A stretch of 13,642 nt of DNA, taken from NCBI GenBank assembly GCA_043814055.1, contig JBDRKL010000001.1:1-13642 (forward strand), in the 5' to 3' direction. Positions 6,737 through 12,774 of this stretch are shown piece by piece; positions within the stretch are counted from its first letter, which is position 1, and the number at the start of each line of letters is the position of its first letter. The notes under the pieces were generated by a model. That model did no database searches. It was given only the letters and a program-made list of their open reading frames with translations, and was not told the DNA's origin. The translations under genes and the position numbers were made by a program. Source of the DNA: an archaeon. Its GTDB lineage: Archaea > Undinarchaeota > Undinarchaeia > Undinarchaeales > JBDRKL01.

Positions 6737-6913
6737 GCCCAGGTGGCGGAAAGACATCTGTTTCGCAGCTGATTACTTATTTAAACGAGTGAACACAAAT
6801 TATAAGGGGCTCACTTAGCCTGGTAGTCCCGCAGCATCACAAATATTATGCGGGACAATCAACACACACGAAGTGTGTGTGCATCACACGAAACGTGTGA
6901 TGTTCCCTGGGTA
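6737..6913 (+). ncRNA. Putative tRNA-like structured RNA (~177 nt) with an acceptor-like stem and five arms
   Basis: GCCCAGG(6737-43)/CCTGGGT(6906-12)+A; TG linker; GCGGAA(6746-51)/TTTCGC(6761-66); GCTGA(6768-72)/TTAGC(6815-19); hairpins at 6821-6861, 6862-6880 and 6881-6903. First 15 nt match tRNA-Ser at 14 positions. No TTCRA T-loop and no CCA. Confidence 0.6.
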
Positions 6914-6925
6914 ATTTGACGCCGT

Positions 6926-7012
6926 GCCAAGGTGGCGGAACCCGGCAACGCGCTCGCCTTGAGAGCGAGTTCCCTTCGGGGAATCTAGGTTCAAATCCTA
7001 GCCTTGGCGCCA
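6926..7012 (+). tRNA. tRNA-Ser(TGA), intronless, CCA encoded
   Basis: Acceptor GCCAAGG/CCTTGGC + G discriminator + CCA; D arm GCG/CGC; anticodon stem CTCGC/GCGAG with loop CT-TGA-GA (anticodon 6960-6962); long variable arm TTCCC-TTCG-GGGAA; T arm CTAGG-TTCAAAT-CCTAG; followed by a T-tract. Confidence 0.97.
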
Positions 7013-7019
7013 ACCTTTT

Positions 7020-7655
7020 TTATTTCTTCCCAATATAAACCCTATACCCTGCACTCCGCCCTGTCTCTTCCAGGGTGCTGAATACTTGTAGCATTTCCTC
7101 CTTATACATCTTTCCGCCCTTGTTGTGCCGCCCCACAATCTGCAGGCTCCCGCCTTCTTTCAAGTGCTCAGGAGCCTTCTTGATAATTTCAACCACAACG
7201 CTTTTTCCAGCAGAGTAGGGCGGATTTGAAACAATCACGTCAAACTTCTTGATGTGTTCTTTTCCCGCTTCATCAATCCACTTGAGCGGTGAATACAAAT
7301 CCCCGTGCATAACCTCTGCATTCTTGAGATTGTGGAGCCTCAGGTTCTTCCGGGTCAATTGCACTGCCCGCTTGCTCTTGTCAATCATCGTGACCTTGAG
7401 CTCCGGATTATTCCGCGCGGCAACAATTCCAATCACACCATACCCGCACCCCAAGTCAAGCAGGTCCTTTGCCGCGTCTGGAATTTCCATGTTCTCCGCG
7501 AGCGTTAGTGTGCCCTTGTCAACTTTTCTCCAGGAAAAAACCGGCGGCGAGGTTTGGAACTCAAGCTCGTCCCCCCTAATAATTGCCTCAATGGTGTGAA
7601 TCTCCATCGGGATTTCTGTTTCTGTTTTGAAATAGTGTTCTTTTGGTTCTGGCAT
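7020..7655 (-). CDS. Class I SAM-dependent methyltransferase, RsmC/MJ0882-like small domain
   Basis: HYF, VFS...VDKGT, LDLGCGYG (motif I), IVSNPPY (motif IV), GY.VY. Start moved to ATG 7655 (SD GGTGA upstream). Confidence 0.9.
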   Translation of the reverse strand: MPEPKEHYFKTETEIPMEIHTIEAIIRGDELEFQTSPPVFSWRKVDKGTLTLAENMEIPDAAKDLLDLGCGYGVIGIVAARNNPELKVTMIDKSKRAVQLTRKNLRLHNLKNAEVMHGDLYSPLKWIDEAGKEHIKKFDVIVSNPPYSAGKSVVVEIIKKAPEHLKEGGSLQIVGRHNKGGKMYKEEMLQVFSTLEETGRSAGYRVYIGKK

Positions 7656-7720
7656 CAAAATCACCGCTCGATTTTGATAAACACGCATTTCAAATTTAAT
7701 AGTGTGTGTTGTGTGCCTAT

Positions 7721-7787
7721 CACAACCTATTTAAATCCACTCCTTTTATTACTTTTCAATGACCCCTCACGGGGTACTACCAGGAGG
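7721..7787 (+). promoter_or_regulatory. Promoter and leader of the Yip1 gene
   Basis: CACAACC-TATTTAAA (7728-7735), small leader hairpin ACCCC-TCAC-GGGGT (7762-7775), SD GGAGG (7783-7787). Confidence 0.55.
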
Positions 7788-7793
7788 AATAAA

Positions 7794-8372
7794 ATGGATT
7801 TTAATATTTGGTTGGAAGCCCTTAAGAACCCCAAAGAGACTTTTGCAGCGCAGAAGGCGCACGCAAGCTTCAGCGAAGGTGCAAAACACATTCTCATTGC
7901 AGGTGTGATACTCGGTCTCATCATGGGTATCGGGGGTGCAGTTCTTGGCTCACTGTTCCTTGCTCCATTACTTGGCGCAGCTGCAGGTGCAATAATGTTT
8001 GTGTACGGCCTGATATTCGGAGTGATAATAGCATTCCTAGGCTGGATAATAAATGGAGTAATCTACTTCATTTTTGCGAAGATACTCGGCGGCAATGGCT
8101 CGCTGACCACGCAGCTCTACTTGTCGGCACTGTTTATGGCGCCGATGATGGTATTGATGGGTATCTTGATGTTGATACCATTCGCAGGCACGATATTGCT
8201 GTTCCTGCTTGAGCTGTACGGACTATACCTGTTGACCCTGTCGCTCAAAGAAGCGCACGGGTTCAGCACGGGCCGCGCTGTTCTGTCTTGGTTGCTTCCA
8301 GTGATAGTAATCGGAATAATAATGATTGCATTCGTTGGACTGGCATTCATGGCAATGTTTGCAGCAGCCTGA
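7794..8372 (+). CDS. Yip1-family membrane protein, 192 aa
   Basis: W..AL.NPKETF N-terminus, AKILGGNGS, L..LSLKEAHGFSTGRA; 5 TMs. Start ATG 7794 after GGAGG rather than the ORF-track start at 7554. Confidence 0.85.
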   Translation: MDFNIWLEALKNPKETFAAQKAHASFSEGAKHILIAGVILGLIMGIGGAVLGSLFLAPLLGAAAGAIMFVYGLIFGVIIAFLGWIINGVIYFIFAKILGGNGSLTTQLYLSALFMAPMMVLMGILMLIPFAGTILLFLLELYGLYLLTLSLKEAHGFSTGRAVLSWLLPVIVIGIIMIAFVGLAFMAMFAAA

Positions 8373-8391
8373 GTCTAAAACACTAAAAACT

Positions 8392-8417
8392 AGAGAGGGG
8401 ATGTAAATCCCCTTTCT
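8392..8417. terminator. Bidirectional hairpin terminator-like structure
   Basis: AGAGAGGGGAT-GTAA-ATCCCCTTTCT stem-loop between convergent genes, with T-rich tails on both strands. Confidence 0.6.
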
Positions 8418-8420
8418 TTC

Positions 8421-9323
8421 TTATTTTTTATAAGCAGCCAAGTGCCAGAACGTTTCATATTCTTTTGCTCTCAGTTGCCACTCATCTTTTGGGAATACCT
8501 TAATCACGTCTTTAATATCTCGGCAGTACTGTCTCTTTAACTTAAAATTGTCATCCCATCGCATATGAATTTTTGTTTCATCCTCTCCTTTGTACTTTGG
8601 AGTGTATTTTTCCAGAATTTCATAAGTCCCATCCTCCAGGCCTTTTTCAAAATAGTCTTTCCTGTAATCCAATATGAAGAATGACTCAGTTAATGGCAGG
8701 TATGTCTGTATCAGGTCTTTCCAATCATTCTCAAAACATCGCATAAGCTTAAGCATAAAAGCACATCCAATTTTTTCCTGGTTAAAGAAATTCCTGTCAT
8801 AAAAACGCCTAACATTCTGATAAGCGCCAACATATTCCTCTCCTGGATTCGTTCCATACAGGTATTGCTTTATTTTTCCACAAACATAGTAAATAGGCGG
8901 GTTGAACTCGCGGCTGCAATACATCTCATTACTGTCCCAATTTATGTTCTCTGCCAGTATTTTCTTCCCATACCCCTTGTTTATTTCTTTTGTGCGTTTA
9001 TTTGGGTGATTGACCTTTTTTGCATATTTCTCTTTAGGTACACCTAAGGGGTTCTGTCCAAGGCAAAGCACATTGCTACTTGAAAATTGTTTTCTTAAAT
9101 TATACAGGAACGCACCCTGCCAGAATCCAACTTCAAGTGCATTTGGATACTTCAACTGGGTCATTATCTTGCTTACTTCGTCTATTTTGGGAAATTGTTC
9201 CACCAGAACCTCGTGTATCTTCAAATTCAGCTCGGATCCTCCCAGCTCAAGAATCATCAAGTCATTTAGGGAGAGCAGGTCGTCCTCATCTCCAAGATTA
9301 AAATGTTTTTTGTTTGCATTCAT
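8421..9323 (-). CDS. AT-rich hypothetical protein, possible divergent class I SAM-methyltransferase fold
   Basis: NALEVGFWQGAF resembles motif I, FFILDY a late beta strand; ATGA overlap with the cbf5 stop. Confidence 0.6.
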   Translation of the reverse strand: MNANKKHFNLGDEDDLLSLNDLMILELGGSELNLKIHEVLVEQFPKIDEVSKIMTQLKYPNALEVGFWQGAFLYNLRKQFSSSNVLCLGQNPLGVPKEKYAKKVNHPNKRTKEINKGYGKKILAENINWDSNEMYCSREFNPPIYYVCGKIKQYLYGTNPGEEYVGAYQNVRRFYDRNFFNQEKIGCAFMLKLMRCFENDWKDLIQTYLPLTESFFILDYRKDYFEKGLEDGTYEILEKYTPKYKGEDETKIHMRWDDNFKLKRQYCRDIKDVIKVFPKDEWQLRAKEYETFWHLAAYKK

Positions 9324-9332
9324 TTTTTATAA
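8421..9332. repeat. Imperfect 13-bp direct repeat (12/13) at the 3' ends of cbf5 and of the downstream ORF
   Basis: TTATTTTTTATAA (8421-8433) vs TCATTTTTTATAA (9320-9332); both encode Y-K-K-stop on the minus strand. Confidence 0.45.
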
Positions 9333-10303
9333 CTAGGATAAACCCCTTCGTCCATAAAAACTCGTTCTGTCTTAATCGCAAGCCCTTTCTTTGTCTTCTC
9401 CATTGCCTCTGAGCTCATCAGCGCTTTGCCCATCACAACTGCTTCGCCTTTCTGCGTGAAGCACGCAACGAGTTCGCCTTTCTCAATTCCTGAGTCCATT
9501 TTCAGCAATCCAGGCAGGGCGAGCTGGGCTCCGTGGCACAGCGCGTCAACCGCGTAGTCGCTCACGATGATTTTTGGCAAATGCGTAAGTGCTTTTTCCA
9601 TCGGATGCACTATTTTCCTCAACTCCTTTTCATCTCCATTCTCTTTCCAATCAACATAAGCATCAGTCAGGCTTTGCAGAGACACAATAGAGCTTTCGTC
9701 AAACGCCGCGGTCTTTGTTCTCCTTAACTGTTGCATATGCGCGCCAACTCCGAGCGCAGCGCCCAGGTCATAGCACAGCCTGCGGATATAAGTCCCTGCT
9801 TCGCACCCTGTTTTGAACAGCACGTCCTTGCCATCAATCTCAATAATCTTGTTATAATAAATCTCTCTTGCCCTGAGGATTCGCTTGACTGCAGCCTTCT
9901 CTGGCGGGCGCTGGTAAATCTTGCCTGTGAACTCGCCCAGCATTACTCTCAAAGCCGCCTCATCAACTGGCTCGTGCAGGTGCATCAGGCAGACATATTC
10001 CTTGCCTGCGTGGAGCAGGGCCTGTAGCGCCTTTGTCGCGTTGCCCAAGCCAACAACCAGAATGCCTGTAACATTCGGGTCTAAGGTTCCGGCATGCCCG
10101 GTTTTGCTGGATTTTAAAATGCGCTTCACCCACTCGCACACCTCGTGCGAGGTCGGGCCTGCTGGCTTGTCAATGTTAACAACTCCGTTATTGAGCAACT
10201 GCTCTACGCTTCTCCTTGTTGGAAGTGTTCCGTGTTTCGCGCTGGTCTCTTCCTCGTGCCTGACAAGAAGCTCCCGGTCGCGCTCAAATGGTAATTTGTC
10301 CAT
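9320..10303 (-). CDS. cbf5: H/ACA RNA-guided pseudouridine synthase Cbf5 (TruB family)
   Basis: NIDKPAGPTSHEV, GHAGTLDPNVTG (catalytic Asp), KEYVCLM, IYQRPP, CEAGTYIR, LRRTK, C-terminal PUA domain (AVDALCHGAQL..PG). ATG at 10303. Confidence 0.96.
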   Translation of the reverse strand: MDKLPFERDRELLVRHEEETSAKHGTLPTRRSVEQLLNNGVVNIDKPAGPTSHEVCEWVKRILKSSKTGHAGTLDPNVTGILVVGLGNATKALQALLHAGKEYVCLMHLHEPVDEAALRVMLGEFTGKIYQRPPEKAAVKRILRAREIYYNKIIEIDGKDVLFKTGCEAGTYIRRLCYDLGAALGVGAHMQQLRRTKTAAFDESSIVSLQSLTDAYVDWKENGDEKELRKIVHPMEKALTHLPKIIVSDYAVDALCHGAQLALPGLLKMDSGIEKGELVACFTQKGEAVVMGKALMSSEAMEKTKKGLAIKTERVFMDEGVYPSYKK

Positions 10304-10339
10304 TAGCAAAATCAGAATCTCTATTATACTGCTACCTTA

Positions 10340-10912
10340 TTACTTCTTCGGCTTGGCCTTACGTCCGCCAACCATCCATACAATTATGCCTCTTATGCCT
10401 TTTTCAAGCAATTTTTCAAATATGGAATGTGCCTGTTCAAACTCATCTGCCACGCCCTTAAGCTCTTCTTCAGCAACAACCACATATTTTCTAGGGTATT
10501 GTTTGCCCCACTCTTCTTTGTGTTTTGTAAAATATCTCTCGTTTTTCTTATACTCTGTCTTATTATCCATGCAAATAAGCTCTTTTTCCCCGTCTCGACT
10601 GTAATACACGCTCAGAATTCTTTTTGTTTCTGGATTTATCTCAACAACAACGCCTTCTGATTGCTTATGAACTACTGAATCAAAAGTGGGGCCAGCCCAG
10701 AAAAATGGTCCGCTGCACACGCCAGAACTCTTAAAGGCATCCTTGCCATTTTCATTAAATTCGTTAATAACCAGCTCTACCAAATCCATAGTGAACATTG
10801 GTCCGCTAACTGCATAGGCCCATATTTTGCCATCCGGCGAATCCTTGCATATTCTCTTAATTAATCTAGAATCCTCTAATAAAGATTTCAGCCCGTTGAT
10901 TTTTACGCTCAT
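10340..10912 (-). CDS. Hypothetical protein with C-terminal DUF5678-like domain
   Basis: YFTKHKEEWGKQYPRKYVVVAEEELKGVADEFEQA resembles the DUF5678 pattern (..HREEL...Y.GKYVAI..GEVV..GD..EEA); AT-richer than flanking genes. Confidence 0.6.
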   Translation of the reverse strand: MSVKINGLKSLLEDSRLIKRICKDSPDGKIWAYAVSGPMFTMDLVELVINEFNENGKDAFKSSGVCSGPFFWAGPTFDSVVHKQSEGVVVEINPETKRILSVYYSRDGEKELICMDNKTEYKKNERYFTKHKEEWGKQYPRKYVVVAEEELKGVADEFEQAHSIFEKLLEKGIRGIIVWMVGGRKAKPKK

Positions 10913-10931
10913 CGTGTTACTTCTTCGGCTT
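10340..10931. repeat. Perfect 15-bp direct repeat flanking the DUF5678-like gene
   Basis: TTACTTCTTCGGCTT at 10340-10354 and 10917-10931 (minus strand AAGCCGAAGAAGTAA = K-P-K-K-stop). Confidence 0.85.
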
Positions 10932-11258
10932 CTTCTTCAGCAGGCTCTTCTTCTCTTCCTTGGGTTCTGCGACTTTTTCCTGCGGAGCTGCTGCCTTTTT
11001 CTCTTTCTTTAGAGATGGTTTCGGCTTCTCCTCAAGTCCTGCGCTCACGAGCGCGTTGGTCGCTTCCTCGTCAGTCGCGCCCTTTTTCACGTTGAGCTTC
11101 TGCGCGAGCGGCTCAATGTGCCTGACATTGCAGCGCCTTCGCTTCACCCTGGGGCCTGCCACTAAAACAAAGCTGTCGTCTACGACATCCACGATAAGGC
11201 AGTTCCTGCCGGCCTCACGACCAGCTGTCTTTATGCATACTCTTCCAATTTCAATCAT
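10917..11258 (-). CDS. rpl14e: 50S ribosomal protein L14e with Lys-rich C-terminal tail
   Basis: MIEIGRVCIKTAGREAGR.C.IVDVVD..FVLV.GP.VKRRRCNV.HIEP; own TATA (ATATAAAT, 11302-11295) and GGGGGAG SD; conserved synteny with cmk and cbf5. Confidence 0.96.
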   Translation of the reverse strand: MIEIGRVCIKTAGREAGRNCLIVDVVDDSFVLVAGPRVKRRRCNVRHIEPLAQKLNVKKGATDEEATNALVSAGLEEKPKPSLKKEKKAAAPQEKVAEPKEEKKSLLKKKPKK

Positions 11259-11307
11259 TTTTGTTCTCCCCCTGCTTAATTACTCGGCTGCCCTATTTAT
11301 ATGTTGC

Positions 11308-11871
11308 TTAGCCAAGCTTTTCCCTCAAGAATTCAATCGCCCTTCCCTTGACTTCATCAAGCCCCAGCTCGTTCGTGTCAATCACAAGGTCATAAACGCT
11401 CATATCATCCAAGTCATAACCGTAAAATTCCCTGTACCTGCGCTTGTCCTCAGTCCATCTTTCCCGTATCTGTTCCTGCACATCCTCAACAGTTTCATAC
11501 GCCTCAGCTATGCGTTCTTTCTCGTCGTTCAAGACCCGCTGGGCTCTTGCCTCAACCGAAGCCTCAAGCCAAATCCTAATCGCTTCACAGCCTTCAACTT
11601 CTTTCGTAATCCAAGCTGCGAGCTTTGACTCCATAACCACGCCGCCTTGTCTGGCTTCTTCCTTTGTAAGTTCGTCAACCTGCTTGTCAACCCCCTCTTC
11701 CGCAGTGTCGCTGAGCTCTTTAACACTTATGCCGCGCTCCTCTGCAATTTTTCTGAACGCCTTGCCAGTTGAGAAATATCTTAATTCAAACTCGTTAGCC
11801 ACAGCGTGGGCAATGCTGGTTGAGCCCGCCCCTGGTGGTCCGCCGATTGTTATTACTGGATTTTCTTGCAT
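11308..11871 (-). CDS. cmk: Cytidylate kinase, archaeal type
   Basis: ITIGGPPGAGSTS P-loop, STG..FR.IA.ERG, D..VD, MESKLAAW, WLEAS.E.RA.R, D..RY...YG.D..D...YDLVIDT. Start moved to ATG 11871 (TTTATAAAA 22-30 nt upstream). Confidence 0.93.
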   Translation of the reverse strand: MQENPVITIGGPPGAGSTSIAHAVANEFELRYFSTGKAFRKIAEERGISVKELSDTAEEGVDKQVDELTKEEARQGGVVMESKLAAWITKEVEGCEAIRIWLEASVEARAQRVLNDEKERIAEAYETVEDVQEQIRERWTEDKRRYREFYGYDLDDMSVYDLVIDTNELGLDEVKGRAIEFLREKLG

Positions 11872-11894
11872 AATGCGTAATATGCGCTCCTGTT

Positions 11895-12719
11895 TTATAA
11901 ATAATCCCCTTCCATTAAGAATATGCATAGTTTTTTAATAAGTGGCAGGAATTCTTCTTTAGTTCTTTTAGTTGGTTTGATATTTTTGTAATTTGTTATA
12001 TCTGTATATGATCTGGCAATTGGCCTTCTCAAAAATCTCCTGAGATTTGGGTCCCCCTCAATACTGCACCTGTAATTGCTATTATATTCTCTAAACTCCA
12101 CATATGTCATATTATATCTTTCAGGACTTTGTGAACCGCCCACTTCCATACGTTCGCTAAAATATTTTATACTATCATCCCTATCCCAGAAAAGTTTGTA
12201 TAATTTTTCTGGAATATCTATCAATTCCATTCCGTGGTCATCATGTCTCATCCAGTCATAGTTATGAAAATTTAAAATTATTCTGCCCTTGTTTTCTTTT
12301 AGGTATCTTTCAATCTTTTTCTTGTCTTCACTCAACTCTAAGTAATTCTCAAAAGTTTCAGCATCCTCTTCTTTCGCATATTCAAAATATCTTTTTACAG
12401 CATCTTTATATGAAATTATCTTTAAATTCTTTCCAATTAAGTCAGGGTTTCTTGCGAAAAACAGATAGACATCAGCCCAGGGTGTTGGTATCGTATCATA
12501 CCTCTTGAATAGCAAATCAAAATAGTCATCCACTATTTTTGGGACTTTGGTTTTCCACTCTTTGTCTAATATTTTGTGTATTTCCTCTTTTGTTGGGTGC
12601 TCTACTTTTAAAAAAGTAATCTTGTCTTTTAATTCAGCATCCTCTTTCAGCTGCTCTGCAATCCATATGGCGGATTTTTCTTGAATGTGCTGATTATAGA
12701 TTATTCCCAGCTCTGTCAT
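11895..12719 (-). CDS. AT-rich hypothetical protein, possible M14/succinylglutamate-desuccinylase-like Zn hydrolase fold
   Basis: Strand-HxxE-helix (LGIIYNQHIQEKSAIWIAEQL), later IILNFH and TYVE in the order expected for M14-like enzymes. Confidence 0.55.
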   Translation of the reverse strand: MTELGIIYNQHIQEKSAIWIAEQLKEDAELKDKITFLKVEHPTKEEIHKILDKEWKTKVPKIVDDYFDLLFKRYDTIPTPWADVYLFFARNPDLIGKNLKIISYKDAVKRYFEYAKEEDAETFENYLELSEDKKKIERYLKENKGRIILNFHNYDWMRHDDHGMELIDIPEKLYKLFWDRDDSIKYFSERMEVGGSQSPERYNMTYVEFREYNSNYRCSIEGDPNLRRFLRRPIARSYTDITNYKNIKPTKRTKEEFLPLIKKLCIFLMEGDYL

Positions 12720-12737
12720 AACTAGTTCTATGCCTGC

Positions 12738-12752
12738 GGAAACTTAAATATA
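12738..12752. promoter_or_regulatory. Shared divergent TATA element
   Basis: GGAAACTTAAATATA lies about 24-33 nt from both ATG 12719 (-) and ATG 12775 (+). Confidence 0.5.
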
Positions 12753-12774
12753 CTGCTATTCACATTTGATTTGT

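Noticed and set aside
6720-6818. Short GTG-started ORF (27-32 aa) overlapping the RNA element
   Set aside because: No SD or recognisable peptide; too short to distinguish from chance.
6860-6903. CRISPR mini-array or CA microsatellite
   Set aside because: Only two dissimilar palindromes, no spacers and no cas genes; the CA/TG runs are explained as hairpin stems.
6737-6913. Functional intron-containing tRNA (e.g. tRNA-Leu, suggested by GCCCAGGTGGCGGAA and an A discriminator)
   Set aside because: No GTTCRA T-loop or T-stem, no GG in the D-like loop, and I could not find bulge-helix-bulge motifs whose splicing yields a cloverleaf.
6737-6913. tmRNA, RNase P RNA, SRP RNA or C/D / H/ACA guide RNA
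   Set aside because: tmRNA: no G3-U70 pair, T arm or CCA. RNase P: GCGGAAAGAC only loosely resembles CR-I and no P4 pairing forms. SRP: too short, no proper helix-8 motif. Guides: CTGA and GTGATGT are in the wrong order and no K-turn is visible.
6735-6940. attL/attR pair of an element integrated at tRNA-Ser
   Set aside because: Only about 190 bp apart, no integrase nearby, and a simple att duplication would not explain the compensating 3' acceptor strand. A remnant cannot be fully excluded.
7702-7711. GTGTGTGTTG complementary to CAACACACAC (6860-6869) in the RNA element
   Set aside because: A 10-nt low-complexity match in a promoter region; likely chance.
7554-7793. 80-aa N-terminal extension of the Yip1 ORF, and similar ORF-track extensions of cmk, the methyltransferase and the 4707 ORF
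   Set aside because: They overlap neighbouring genes or promoters; downstream ATGs have proper SD/TATA spacing and match family N-termini.
9921-11938. Long + strand ORFs (9921-10604, 10960-11628, 11444-11938) and other antisense ORFs, e.g. within lysS
   Set aside because: Antisense shadows of well-supported genes, Ser/Phe-rich with no motifs.
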